From Macrostomum lignano (Eukaryota): a stretch of 64,000 nucleotides of DNA. The notes under the pieces are model-generated. The model worked only from the letters and a program-made list of their open reading frames with translations. It was not told the DNA's origin and ran no database searches. Shown here piece after piece: positions 11,963 to 25,540 of the stretch. Both the position numbers and the translations under genes were made by a program. The stretch spans positions 272,368-336,367 of the forward strand of contig NIVC01001204.1 of the NCBI GenBank assembly GCA_002269645.1, in the 5' to 3' direction. Position 1 is the stretch's first letter. The number at the start of each line of letters is the position of its first letter.

Positions 11963-12306
11963 TGATTAAGGACTGGAACAATTGTACGAGTACTTCGATG
12001 ACTGTCATTCGAGCTTTTATCCCCTCTTTGTTTCTTTCTGCTTTGGGAGAAGTGTTTTTGCCACCTAGTTGAATTAGCCTAGCAGGGCGGTGCCTGTTCC
12101 CAGCGCGCTCTCTCTCTCTCTCGCCCGCTCTGTCCTAATCAATAGCGTAGCAATGTACATGTTCATGAATGTACGCATCGTTCACTGTCGCCTAACAAAT
12201 ATATATATATTGGGCCCACGGCCATATGGGGCCTTAAGCCTTTCGTTTCGCGCTCACACTGCCGCCTTCACTATCGCAGTCTTTACACTTCAGTGGAGCT
12301 AGGACA
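11963..12306 (+). mobile_element. Putative 3' LTR of the Gypsy element (right boundary uncertain)
   Basis: Follows a G-rich PPT-like tract (TTGGGGTTGGGG) just after the pol stop and starts with TG; candidate CA ends at 12292 or 12306. No second LTR is available to confirm. Confidence 0.4.
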
Positions 12307-12745
12307 CTATGTATAAATGACTATGCTTTACAGAAGTCCATTTGAATTCAATAATCTGCTACAGAGACCATAGCTAGCTGTGGAAGATGCACAATAAGTG
12401 CAGTCAGAATATTTGCATTTGTAGGCCAACATGTTTTCTTCATGTGATATCATAGTTTGTACCCTCTGATTTTACAATTAATATTTAATTATCGCAAGCC
12501 AGCTCAGTTGGCATGAGGATTTCGATGTTAAACATAAAAAGACTTTTGGAATTTTCTGCATATCCTACATTGAGACAGCTGGCAAATTGAAATATTTCAT
12601 TAGAGGCAAAACCGAAGAATGGTCAGAGAAGGGCTGGTTAGAATACTGATCTACACAATTTTAATTTCTTGATTCACTTTTAATTAACGCAACGATGCGT
12701 TCGAGATGCGCTTACTTAAGTGGTGCATTGTGAGCTCACCAGTTT

Positions 12746-14990
12746 ATGGCAACATGAAAGGCTCGCATTCTCCGCACCTTCGATTCGGCCAATTTGAAAA
12801 AGAGCAGCTAAAAGCTGCCAGAGCCTAACTGATATGCTTAAGTGAGGAATATACTTCGAGGGGAGAGGGTGGTGACTTGATGCAGACAGAATCTAAGTTG
12901 TTTGAATCTTGCTTTTTTGTTTTGTTTGAGACCCAACAAACTAAAAATAAGGCTCTCTAGCGGGTTCCGATGAGGATCTTAGTGACAACCCCGCACTGGT
13001 GTGGCAGAAGATGCGGCAGCAGCATCGCATCGAAGCATGGAGAGCTGGTTATTCAGGCGTCAAACCCTCCGTGCATAGAGAACTCAAGAAGAGACTTATC
13101 ATACAATAATCTATTAAGCTATTTATCAATTCGTATTTTATCACCTCTTCAGGAAGCGTTTTGCTTCTGCGTCCTGTAGATTGAGTAATGAACGTCTTGG
13201 CAAGAAGTGCATCAGATCTCGCGGCTTTTTTCAATGGTCTTCAACTATGAAGCGTCCAACTTTTTATTTGATTTGAAATCTAAAATATCCGAACTGCAGA
13301 TTAATAGGAGAGCTAATTCATAATTAAAACTACAGTAAAACTCAGTTTAAAACTTCAGCATTCTAAAATTACGGCTATTGAGCACGGTTGGAGCACGAGA
13401 GTCATTTAGAAAATGTTATAAAAGAAGGAACGGTCTCTCGATCATCTACGTGACCAAAGCTGAATTTCGGTCTAAAAATCGAGTGTTTTCGAAACAAGTG
13501 TTTCGTGATCACGGCTCAAATTCACCGGAGACCGGCGAGACTAAACATAACTCGTAATAGAGAGAAGCAAAATCATCTATGCTCGTAGTCAGCGAAGCGG
13601 CGGTAGACTGGGCCTGAGAGTTGGGAGATCGGAAAAAAGTCCTAGACAGATCGATGTTGTAAAAAACCGGACTGACAGACACGCCTCAGCCATAATAGTG
13701 AAGATAAGGACTTTATAATAAAGGCAATAGAGAGAGGAGAGGAGAGGAGAGGAGAGGAGAAGAGAGGAGAGGAGAGGAGAGGAGAGGAGAGGGGAGGAGA
13801 GGAGAGGAGAGGAGAGGGAGGAGAGGAGAGGAGAGGGGAGGAGAGGAGAAGAGAGGAGAGGAGAGGAGAGGAGAGGAGAGGAGAAGAGAGGAGAGTAATT
13901 CCGTCCTACAAGCTTTCTAATGATGGAGAGGATTTGTAACGAAATCGAAAGGTGCAAAAGGAAGGGAGAGGGGGGCTTCGTGTCTCACTCCCGTGGTGGT
14001 CCTTGGCTGATGATCGGCTCCAGCTTATCAGTGCGCGGAATCTCTGCTGCCTGAGGGGGGAGTCGAGAAAGGCAAATTGCAATAACTTGGGGGATCTGCA
14101 GCAGCCTCCTGGTATCCCGGATGGCCGGCTGAAGTTCGCACTGGTGAAATATTTTAAATATGTTGTTGTTCTGGTCTCTAACTCTTGTGGCTCTAGATCT
14201 AGTTCAAGTATCAATGTGAGAGCCAAATAACTGAGGCGGCGGATTCAACTGACTTTTTCTGATAATGCAAACACTTGATGGTTACTTACAGACCGTTGTA
14301 CTTGATGGTCACAAACTCAAGATGTTATCTTACAAAATATAATGTCTAGGATGGAATTCCAAATAAGAAGCTCGTTCGGTTCAAATTACAATGGGTTCTG
14401 GTTGTTTGAATGAACCGAAGGTTCAGTCTATTGTGGGGTAGGGATTGTCTTTTAGATTGGTTTCAATGGTTTCAATGGGTCAATTTATCAGTTTTGGTGT
14501 TTGAGTTGAGACCCTAACTGTTTCAATCAAAAGTGATTCTTAGATAGCTAACAGAAGCTAACTGAGGCAAGAGCGAGAAAGGACGAGGGAGCTTCTTGCT
14601 TGGTTAACGTGGGCTTTTGTAGTACTTTTCAGTTTTGATCGCATTGGGTGGTACATAGCTACTTTTCGTGAATTTCAGACACTGAATGTTCATGAAGGAG
14701 CTGCAGGGTACATGAGTACACAATGAAAATACTTCAGAAAATCAATTTTCACACTAATAGAGTTAATTCTGAGAGCAGGTGCTTAAATAACCCAGGCGCA
14801 TTAACACACAATATTTAAGCCATAAAAGTGCATCTAAAACATTATCAAAAATATTTACATTAAAATTTCTCAAAAAGCTCGCGCAAAAGCCAGAGAAGCT
14901 CTCACAGAATTCCGAGTTCAACTCAAGCTGCTGCATCAAGTCTCTCCAGCTTCTGCCTGACCCAGACGACCTTTGAATTTTCCAGGTTCA
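12746..14990 (-). repeat. Right inner arm of the inverted duplication
   Basis: Reverse complement of 7720-10374 apart from scattered SNPs and microsatellite length. Confidence 0.93.
13730..13895 (-). repeat. (AGGAG)n microsatellite, mirror of 8800-9390
   Basis: Direct reading. Confidence 0.96.
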
Positions 14991-15411
14991 TGCAGATAAC
15001 TGCTATCTGTGCATTGGATTGAATATTTCATTAATTTGCAGTTGGGTATTGAAGTCCGCAGAACGTGAATTGAATTGCAGCACAAAATGTACAAAACTGC
15101 AGTTTATAGCAGGAGGGCTGTTTGCACTCGATGGCTCTCGATGTGCTGCTCATTTCCAAAAATAGCAGAGAAACCAAAGCAGCATTACCGTTGCTAAATT
15201 AGACAGAAATTGGCAGTTTCCGACCATGCGTGCGTCTATGCGTCCATACATCCCTTACTATGCAGTCTAAATTTAGAGGCGATTCCAGGTGTTTTTATGC
15301 AGAACACACAGACCCCTCTCATCAAGTCACCATGCATCAAAATAAACATTTTTATTGAACAAACCAAAAGTGCATGAAAATTGTGTCAGTATTGAGCACC
15401 GCACCAGGCAG

Positions 15412-18400
15412 TCAGTCTGATTCAACCAAGATTGCTTCTCTGACCTCGAGTTTTTGTAGTCTCTCCACCTTCCGCTTGACCCTGACCCAGCCGATCTTCT
15501 CCTCGTCCTGCGTCTCCATGGCGACGCGTCTCTCTGTCTCGATCATCTCCATCTGCTGCAGGCTGAGCTCCACGTGCTCGCGGCAGTCGCTGTAGTAAGC
15601 TAGAGTGAGCAGCTCCTCCAAGTCCGGGTCTTCTTCCAGCTCTTGCTTCCAATCCTCCAGTTTAATTGCAGGTGCGCGATTGCGGAGCAGCTCAGCTTGG
15701 AGACTCCAGCTCAGGCAGCGGAAGTTCACGTACAGGTGGGAGGAGAGAGGCTGCGACAGTCTGGCTGTGAACAGAGTCTGCGTGAACTCGGGAAGGAATG
15801 GGAAGCGAGGCGGAGAGTCGCAGGGGAGGCAGAACCTCCACGCCCAGTCTGAGTCTTCTGGCAACTTTTTAAGGTACCTGCACTTGCTGTCTTCTTGAAT
15901 ATCCTCTGGCTTCAACCCTGACTCGACCTGATGTCTCTGCAGCTCCATCGCGAGTCTCTCAGCCTCCTCAGATTCTCCGAACTTCAAATGCGCCATGGCG
16001 GTCATGCACAGGGCGGCGCACTTGCACCACTGCAGCTCGTGCAGGAGACTGAGCTGCCTCATCAGAGTGCCTCTGTCGCTCGATTCCGACTGCAGCTCGC
16101 TCACACACTGGTGCAACACACTGTACACGTCTGCGAACTTGTAGTACATTTCTGAATAGTCAATTCCTTCCCTGATCTCCGTGACAGCAGGCGGCGCTGT
16201 CAGAGGCAGCAGAGTGAACGGGTGAAAGTAGAACTTCTCTGACTGCAGAGGTCTCACGAGTCTCCTTAGCTGCTCGACCACTCCGCCAATGTTGCTTCTC
16301 AGCTCACGAAGTCGGTCTCGAACCCTCGACTTCGTGTTGTCGAAGTCGCCGCCGATTCCAGCGTTCTTGAAGTAGAGCGGAGCGTCGGGCATGAAGAAGT
16401 GCGGCATGCACTCATCGGGCGAGCTGCTTGAGTCGATGAAGCTCAGCATCATGTCGAGAGACTCCTTGAACAGAGCGATCAGATTGTGGGGCTGCCAAGC
16501 CTCAGTTTCAGGATCTGTGCCATACTTCTCCAGCATTGTGAAGAGCAGAGTCTTTGCATGGTAGGTCTTGAGTCCAGGTGTGTCCAGAGTGAGCGGCAAG
16601 TGTCTCTTGAAGATGAACTTGATGAGGGTGAACAGCTGGCCCTGGACTGTGCTCAGTTCTCTGATGATGTCTTTCTCTTGGAAGCTGAAGCTCACTCTGA
16701 GCTCGTTGGTCGAGCTCGGTCTGGTCGCCCGAACGAGGTGAACTGTATCCATGTATATCCATGTATATCCATATATCCATGCCATGTATTTAATATTAAG
16801 AAGTTTTCTAATTTTGTCCTCACAGAAACTGCTGCAGCACTCGATCGCATGGCACGTGTCCTGTGCAGGCCGCACACCGCACGCCGTGGCTGTCACTGCA
16901 GGTTGGCTGCCTGCAGAGCGAAATGAGCGGCGAATCGCTTTGTGGCGAGTGAAAACGATGGTTTAGTTTGAAACTGCAGATTTTCGCCTGGCTGGTTGGG
17001 AATTTTGGGCATTTGACTACGAGTGTATCTAATGAAATATGCTTTCAAGCAGAAGGGTAGAATTTTTAGCTTTAATTTCAACTTGCAAAATTGGTAGCTA
17101 ACAGTAGTATACATCAATCTAAATTGACTTGATATCAATAAGAATAATGATAAAAGATATTTGGTTTAAGTTATCGTATCGGCAGTGTCCTTTGATTAGC
17201 ACGCACTGGTACAAAGTTTGAAGCTATGAGCAAAGTTCGGAGGTCCGTCATTCATTTGATCATCTGTAGTTGAGGAGCAGCAAATTTTGACTGGCTCCAT
17301 CCCTAAAATACTCAAACTGGATGCATCTAATGTGTCCCCTCTGGCTTCATCAGGTTGCAGCTCAGCACGGCTGCTCAAGCATCATCAGGACTCAGTGCCC
17401 CGCAGCGAGGCACCAATCAGGCAGTCAGGGCGGCTTCGGTTTATTTTGTTTGAACTTTCCAAGTGAGAGCAGCAGCACCTCAGCAGAGCCATGCCGCCTA
17501 CCGTGGGTCACCCAAGCACCGCTGCACCCACTCTGCTGCAATCGGAGCCTGTGAATTCAAAACCCAATGGCCCGGCTCAGCCAGTTGGCATCAGAGTTTT
17601 CTTTTCAATTTCGCCTGCCGCTTGTTTCAGCACCCAAGCCGACATTCGCAGTCACAGAAGCTGCTGGAGGCTGGGCGCCACTCGGTTGCGAATTTAAAAT
17701 TGAGCAAAGTTAATGGGCTCCCAGTTGCATGCGGCTCTCAGCATTCTGATGATGAACCCAGCCTCACTCACCTGCTCCCACTGCCACCTGTGCGTGGCCC
17801 TCCGTGACCTGCAGTCGAGTGGCGTTTCTGCAGGAGTCCTTCCATTTTTTGCAGCCACCTTCCAGATGAAACTGCTGCCCAGCAACCAGCACAGTCCAGT
17901 CAATGTCCGAGTCTGCAGCTGTCCTGCCGTTCACTTGCACCAGACTGTTGGCCCAGCCCTCTGCGTAGCTGCCCGTCATCTGCCTGCCATCCTGTGTGAG
18001 GACTCGAGCGACTCCTTTCAGCCAGTCAGCCAGTCTCTGCTGACAATTTGCTCTGTGCTCGGTGAATCCCGCATCGTTGAGCAGTCGATGCAGCTCCTCG
18101 CTCAGGCGCGTGTCTTGCTGGGAGTCGTCTGAGAGCCTGGAATGATCCGAGATGCGTGTGGGCGACTTGCTCTGAGTTGGCTGGACAGAACAGGCAGGAG
18201 AGCTGAGACTGCAGCTGCTGCAGCACTCAGACTGGCATCTCAAGCAGGAGAGCTGAGACTGCAGCTGCTGCAGCACTCAGACTGGCATCTCAAGCAGGAG
18301 AGCTGAGACTGCAGCTGCTGCAGCACTCAGACTGGCATCTCAAGCAGGAGAGCTGAGACTGCAGCTGCTGCAGCACTCAGACTGGCATCTCAAGCAGGAG

Positions 18401-20528
18401 AGCTGAGAGTGCAGCTGCTGCAGCACTCAGACTGGCATCTCAAGCAGGAGAGCTGAGACTGCAGCTGCTGCAGCACTCAGACTGGCATCTCAAGCAGGAG
18501 AGCTGAGAGTGCAGCTGCTGCAGCACTCAGACTGGCATCTCAAGCAGGAGAGCTGAGAGTGCAGCTGCTGCAGCACTCAGACTGGCATCTCAAGCAGGAA
18601 ATCCGAGAGTGCAGCTGCTGCAGCACTCAGACTGGCATCTCAAGCAGGAAATCCGAGAGTGCAGCTGCTGCAGCACTCAGACTGGCGTCTCAAGCAGGAG
18701 AGCTGAGAGTGCAGCTGCTGCAGCACTCAGACTGGCATCTCAAGCAGGAGAGCTGAGAGTGCCAGACTGGCATCTCAAGCAGGAGAGCCGAGAGTGCAGC
18801 TGCTGCAGCACTCAGACTGGCATCTCAAGCAAGAGAGCTGAGAGTGCCAGACTGGCATCTCAAGCAGGAGAGCCGAGAGTGCAGCTGCTGCAGCACTCAG
18901 ACTGGCATCTCAAGCAGGAGAGCTGAGAGTGCAGCTGCTGCAGCACTCAGTCCAACGCAATCTCAACCCTTTTGAGTTTCGCTGCAATTTCTGCCCCAAG
19001 CTGCCAGCCTGATGGAAGGCGCAATGCGGCAGTGAAAGCCGAACCGGTCAGACTCACCGATGAAGCCTTGAATCTAAGCCGTGAGCGGCTGCCTGCCCGG
19101 CCTCTGGGCTTCTGCAATGCGGATAGGAAAGCCAGGGTTCTCACAGCAGTTGAGTCTGAGATTCTTAAGCGGCAAAAATCACTTTAATAAGTCGGAAACT
19201 CATATTGTACTGTTACGTGTAGCGCTCACGTTCCGCAGCTTGATAAAAATACTAACGCTTTTTTCAGGTAGCAAAATCAAAAAGCGGAGGGAGAGGCGGG
19301 CAGCAGCAGATGACCGAGAGAAAGAAGACAGTGAGCAAGAGATGCGCGAACTGGGCTTGGCTGCTCATCCTGTCTGCCAGCAGGGATTTGGAACTTTTCT
19401 TTTAAGAAGAAAAGACGGCAATTGCAGAGGCATGAAACGCAATGAAGCTAATGTAGTGAAAAGACCAGCAGGATTGGCCAGCAGGAAAAACATTCCAAAA
19501 GACTAAAGAATAAAACATAAGTAAAACACAATACTATACTGAAAAGACCTGTGAAATTCTCGTTGCACTCACCCCGCTCCACTGAGATCCAGCAGCCGTA
19601 GCACCTGCCGCTGCTCAAATCGCTCTGCCACCTGAGCACACGTCAGACCCTGACCGTCTCGATGACTCGCATCCGCTTCTCTGTCCATCAGAGCCTTGGC
19701 TGCTCGCACGTGACCGGCTTCGCACGCTCGTGACAGAGCAGTCCGACCCTGACTGTCTTCAGCACGCACTGACGCACCGAGATCGATGAGTTTCTCAATG
19801 AGCTCGTGATGACCTGCATCAGCTGCCAGCATGAGAGCAGTGGCTCCAGTGCTGTCTGGCAGATCGACATGCTCTGTGCTGACTCGCTCATCATTGATCA
19901 AGGTGGCAGCAAGAGCGACGTGTCTTTGAGAGATGGAGAGACGGAGCAGCTGTGTGATGAGAGCTGGCTGCATTCGAGAGAGGGTGTCAGTGAGAACAGA
20001 GTTCCTGCCTTCGATGGCCATTGCTGCAGTGAAGCTGAGGATGGAGCTGGATTGGAAGAGCCAGTCGGGCTTGAGGCCGAGAAAGGTTACGACATCTTTG
20101 CGAAGACAAGAGCAAGCCGCGACTGCGCAATGGAAATGCAGATTCGCTTTCTGATCCGGACTTGAGAGACAGGAGATGAGGAACTTTACAGCCTCTAATT
20201 GACCATTGCTTGCGGCAGATTCGGCAGCGTCGATGCAGCAGCGATCTCTGTTTTGTTGGTCAGCGACTTGTGGCACGAGAAACTTGACGACTTCTAAGTG
20301 ACCATTGCTTGCGGCAGGTTTGGCAGCGTCGATGCAGCAGCGATCTCTGTTTGCTTGGTCAGCGACATGTGACACGATTAACTTGACGACTTCTAAGTGA
20401 CCATTTCCTGCAGCAGTTAGTATAGTACTGGTAATTACGAGTGGGAAACCATTTCGTGCAGCCCGTTGAGCGTTTTGTGAGATTTCGCTGCTGGTGACGA
20501 CCCGATGTCGGCTTTGGTTTTGGTCCAT
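15412..20528 (-). CDS. Gene B: ANK-cGLR (Mab-21/cGAS-like NTase) fusion, apparently intact, ~939 aa
   Basis: Exons 20528-19573, 18136-17772 and 16910-15412 total 2820 nt (940 codons) with GT-AG introns in phases 2 and 1. Motifs GSYAEG..DSDID and QDTCHAI are present; paralogous to gene A. Confidence 0.85.
18196..18950. repeat. 51-bp minisatellite in intron 1 of gene B (~14 units)
   Basis: Unit GAGAGCTGAGACTGCAGCTGCTGCAGCACTCAGACTGGCATCTCAAGCAGG; only ~2-3 units at the homologous site in gene A (4245-4360). Confidence 0.95.
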
Positions 20529-20674
20529 TGTGTCAGAAAACCGTGTTAAAGTGCAAAGGAGGACTATAAAGAAGGCGAAAGTGGGTAAAAGGTGGAGTTA
20601 AGGGGGATTAAAGAAAACAGGCAGAGAAAAAAGAAGGGAGGGAGAGGGACGGAGAAAGAGGAGATGGAGAAAGA

Positions 20675-21164
20675 GTCACGGCTGCTGTCAGAGTGGCAGA
20701 TGTCAGTCACGGCTGCTGTCAGAGTGGCAGATGTCAGTCACGGCTGCTGTCAGAGTGGCAGATGTCAGTCACGGCTGCTGTCAGAGTGGCAGATGTCAGT
20801 CACGGCTGCTGTCAGAGTGGCAGATGTCAGTCACGGCTGCTGTCAGAGTGGCAGATGTCAGTCACGGCTGCTGTCAGAGTGGCAGATGTCAGTCACGGCT
20901 GCTGTCAGAGTGGCAGATGTCAGTCACGGCTGCTGTCAGAGTGGCAGATGTCAGTCACGGCTGCTGTCAGAGTGGCAGATGTCAGTCACGGCTGCTGTCA
21001 GAGTGGCAGATGTCAGTCACGGCTGCTGTCAGAGTGGTAGATGTCAGTCACGGCTGCTGTCAGAGTGGCAGATGTCAGTCACGGCTGCTGTCAGAGTGGC
21101 AGATGTCAGTCACGGCTGTTGTCAGAGTGGCAGATGTCAGTCACGGCTGCTGTCAGAGCGGCAG
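20675..21164. repeat. 31-bp minisatellite (~16 units)
   Basis: Unit GTCACGGCTGCTGTCAGAGTGGCAGATGTCA, period 31. Confidence 0.96.
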
Positions 21165-21707
21165 GTGTTTCAAAGGTTTGTGCAGCCGGCTGCCAGAAAG
21201 ATTTTACCGCCTCATCTCTCAGCTGCCCTCCCTTTTGCAGCCTCTGGCGAGGCCGACCACCCTCGGCCTTAGCAGCCGAAACTTCTCTCCCAAGCATGAG
21301 CGCTGAGTCCGCCGCCTTCGCCTCTGTGCACCCAGCATGGCAACGGAGAGGCTGGGACTGCAGCGGCCACCCCAAGCTGTACTTGATGAGGCTGAGCTGA
21401 CCCGCATTGTGCCTCAGTGCAGTGTGAGATCTTTAAATGCATTTAATGGCCCACTGAGCGGTGTAAAATGCTGCTCAGTCCCGCAGTGCATCGGTTTGAG
21501 GAGGCGGTCAAATGTACAGAAAATGCATTGTTAAACTGAGCCAGTTTTCTCTCACCCTGCACTCTGGCCAGTCTCGCCTCTGCTCCTCTCGGGCGCAGTT
21601 CAGGCAACTGAGAATCCGCTGGGTTGAATTTACAAGTGCAGGTGAATCACTGCCGCTCCTGTTTCATAGTTTAAACCGGTGGCAAACAGCCCTTGTGCCC
21701 CCTAAAG

Positions 21708-22130
21708 TCCCCATCCCTACAGTCACCATCCCTACAGTCCCCATCCCTTCACTCACCATCCCTACAGTCAGCATCCCTACAGTCACCATCCCTTCACTCA
21801 CTATCCCTTCACTCACCATCCCTTCACCCACCATCCCTTCACTCACCATCCCTACAGTCACCATCCCTACAGTCACCATCCCTACAGTCACCATTCCTAC
21901 AGTCACCATCCCTACAGTCACCATCCCTACAGTCACCATCCCTACAGCCACCATCCCTACAGCCACCATCCCTACAGTCACCATCCCTACAGTCACCATC
22001 CCTGCAGTCACCATCCCTGCAGTCAGCATCCCTACAGTCACCATCCCTACAGTCACCATCCCTACAGTCACCATCCCTACAGTCAGCATCCCTACAGTCA
22101 CCATCCCTACAGTCACCATCCCTACAGCCA
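21708..22130. repeat. 15-bp minisatellite
   Basis: Unit CAGTCACCATCCCTA. Confidence 0.95.
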
Positions 22131-23132
22131 CGTGCCTAATGAATGCATGCGGATTTCCAGGTGCACTGAGCTACGCTCGTACTTCTACAAAAATAAATAT
22201 GTAGTTTTAAAGTAAATTTTGTATAGCTCGTAGCTGCTCGAGGCCTTTTTAGATGTGAAAGCGAAGCATATTTTGCTTGGTTTAGTATATTTTTACAATT
22301 ATCTATATGTCGCCCTAACTACTGAGTTAGTTTGAAATTGTTTTTGTTTACTATTTTAATTTTCCAACTTCAATTGTTAAACGCATTTTTCGTCCTTTTT
22401 AGTTTTTTATACGTTAAATGTGTAAATTATACAGATTAGGACCTTAGAAAATATAAATGCAATTTTGCAGCACAAAGCTATAGTACAATTTTCTTTAAAA
22501 CAGTCCAATAGAATTCCTTTTTGAAGACAAGTATTGCTAAATACAGGTGAGCAAGCGGCCTTGAAGTTACAAGTAGCCATCGAGTCAACCAGGATGCAGT
22601 GAGGCCACTCATTGACCAATTGTCTTCTATAAGAATCGCCATAGAAAGCAGTCCATATAGACGGTTAATATTTCGGAACAGAGCGCTTTTCAGTTGTAGA
22701 GCTGTTTATTTCGGGATTTACGAGTAGTGCACTTAAAAAGAAGCACAAAGCCTTGAGCTTCAGGTTGTTCAAAAAGAAACAAAGTAAAGTACAGCTTACA
22801 AATTTAAAAAAGAAACTTGGTTCTCAACTCTGAACTCCAACTCAAAAGCTGTATCTGTCTCGTCAGTAGGATAGAGTGACATACTTAAGAACGGAGCACA
22901 TGAAAAATACATTCATATATAAAGATATCAGATAGTTCTCAGCCTCGTTGAGTTTAAAAAGTCTCTGCTGCAGACCCATTACGAACAGAAATATTGCGTC
23001 TTTTGAGAGAGTTTCAATCCAGCAATACGAGCGTAAAGTCAGCTTAAAATTGTTCCTTCAACATTTCCAGAGTTCTGATTGGCTAGTTATTACAATCGAT
23101 TCCATTCTCGCAGCTGCTGGCTGCTCCCAGCC

Positions 23133-24265
23133 TCACGGCTTCATCCAGACGTACTCGAACTCGCTGGCCAACTCCTCGGGCACAGCGTGGAACTTCAGCA
23201 GGCGGCACATCCGGCCTGATGGTGAGAAGGCGCTGCCCAGGCAGCTCGGGCTGCTGTGGCAGGCGGCGCTGCACTCGAATTCAACTCTGGCTGGGAAACT
23301 GCTGTGAGTCATGGAGCTCTGAGCGCTGCTCATGTTGGGATGTTTTGGCATGTTTTCATCTGGATAGAATCAATGGTGATTGGATATTTTGCTGACAATC
23401 CTTGCATAAAATATGGAAGCCTTCTTCTTTCATCCATTTTTGATGTCTCCACGGTAAATTTTCATTTCCTATATCCTAAAAATGAGTTGTGTGTATGTAT
23501 GTATGATTCTGATGTATTATTCTAACTATACGATTATATTCTAATCGCTATCTGAGCGTGCAAGAATGTAAGGAGATCTGAGTCCTAAGTTTATTTTGCA
23601 TGCTGAATTAGCATACAAAGTGGTGACTTAGTGCTAAAGCGGGCACTAAAGCTGAAAGCCCCTAGTGATGAAGCCCTTGGTATAGGGCATGTGCTAAAGA
23701 CCCTGATGCTGGCCTACATTAAAATCTTGAGCTTACGAGCTCATGCTTAATAACACACCCACCCGATTCAAACACATCATGTGCACGACGCATAAGTTAC
23801 CCATACTGACCATCATTTCATTCGCTTACATTTCGGGTAGATGATTTCATAGATTGAATTTCTATAGCCACCACCGCACACCTGCGATGCATTCCCGGCG
23901 CATTGAGAATTGCACTGGGAGTCAGGAGCGGCTCCGAGAGAGCCGTAGGCCGACCCGCAGCAGCAGTACTCGCCCGCCTGAGCCCCGAAGTAGCGGAAAC
24001 GGCCGCACTTGCAGATGTCGGCGCACAGCTGCAGCGTCATCTCGCCCGGCCTCTGCACAAAGGCGGGCACAGTCGGTTTCGTGGCGTACGGACCGAACTT
24101 GACAATGCCTTGAAGTCCTCGCAAGTCTCGGTTGCTGTTATAGAGACCGTCCACATAGCAGCCGATGTACTGAAAACCCAGCGGACTCGGAGTTGAGGAG
24201 GCCATGCAGCTCCAGAGCCAAATGAGCAACAGAGAATAGACAGCGAAGACAGTTTCTAAAGGCAT
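23133..24265 (-). CDS. Secreted WSC-domain + PAN/apple-like domain protein (W1), 2 exons, ~220 aa
   Basis: Signal-like N-terminus MPLETVFAVYSLLLIWLWSCMA; WSC pattern YIGCY..MTLQLCADIC..FGAQAGEYCCCG..C..CGG. Exons 24265-23830 and 23359-23133 (phase 1) total 663 nt; C-terminal CSAAC..CLGSAF..CRL. Confidence 0.8.
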
Positions 24266-25139
24266 ATCTTCTCCGCATACTTTCATTAGGCTGCGGAACT
24301 GGCAAATTTCAAGTTTTCGCGCTTTTGAGACAGACTTTGCGCTAATATCGTTATCTTCTACCCTGTCATTGGATACAGCACACTGGATGCTTGTCATTGG
24401 ATAGCGACTGCATTTGTTACTCACTTACTAGCTTTTTATACTGCCAGCTGGGAAAATTGATCGATTTTACAAGCACTGAGAATCGGCTTTGAAGATGCCG
24501 CTTGAGATGGGAGTTCTGATCTAAGCAGATAACAGAAAATTTTCTTGAGCATCTCCTGCAAGTCAGCCTTTGCAGAGTAAAGACTCAATACAGTTGGTCG
24601 TGAGCTCTAAAAACACTTTTCAAGCTGTTTCATATCCTGCAGCTGAGCCTGGAAACTTGTGGGAAATATTACAAACCATCTTCTGCGGCTCGTTCCAACT
24701 ATCAATAAGTCATCGAATCGCCTGACTGATGTACAGATTTTTGATGAGATTAAAGTATGATGCAATAGCAGACACATGCAATTAATTTCAGAGTCCCATG
24801 AAGTCTGTTTCGAAAATACACGACATGCAAAACTACCCCTATGTTATTGAGGCTATAGATTGTAAAACCTTGTGATTGAATCGAATCTGGTGGCCTCTCT
24901 TCACCTAAGCTGTGGCTACGATCAGTTTCATGCTTTTGTGATTGACTGCCCCTCCCCAGTTGTAACAGCACGCAACGTGTTTGGCTGTAGTTGCTGTTCA
25001 AGACCACAAAAGGGTCATTTATATCGCAGCAGCTACGCAAAGGAAATGCAAGATCAGCAAAGGGGTCAAAAAGTTTGCTATTGGGACTGCATTAACGTAG
25101 CTCTTCAAGTGCTGCTGTTCTTGCAACGGTAGCAAAACC

Positions 25140-25540
25140 AATGCCTGCAGTGATCAATGCCTGCAGTGACCAATGCCTGCAGTGACCAATGCGTGCAGTG
25201 ACCAATGCCTGCAGTGACCAATGCCTGCAGTGACCAATGCGTGCAGTGACCAATGCGTGCAGTGACCAATGCCTGCAATGACCAATGCCTGCAGTGACCA
25301 ATGCCTGCAGTGACCAATGCCTTCAGTGACCAATGCCTGCAGTGACCAATGCGTGCAGTGACCAATGCCTGCAGTGACCAATGCCTGCAGTGACCAATGC
25401 CTGCAGTGACCAATGCCTGCAGTGACCAATGCCTGCAGTGACCAATGCCTGCAGTGACCAATGCCTGCAGTGACGAATGCGTGCAGTGACCACTGGGTGC
25501 AGTGACCAATGCCTGCAGTGACCAATGAATGCAGGACCAA
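25140..25540. repeat. 16-bp minisatellite
   Basis: Unit ATGCCTGCAGTGACCA, period 16. Confidence 0.95.

Noticed and set aside
17000-17750. Extra sequence in intron 2 of gene B versus gene A as a TE insertion
   Set aside because: The two introns diverge almost entirely after ~15 bp, so no empty site or TSD can be defined.
18196-21164. Regular repeat arrays as possible CRISPR arrays
   Set aside because: Units are head-to-tail with no unique spacers, there are no cas genes, and the context is eukaryotic.
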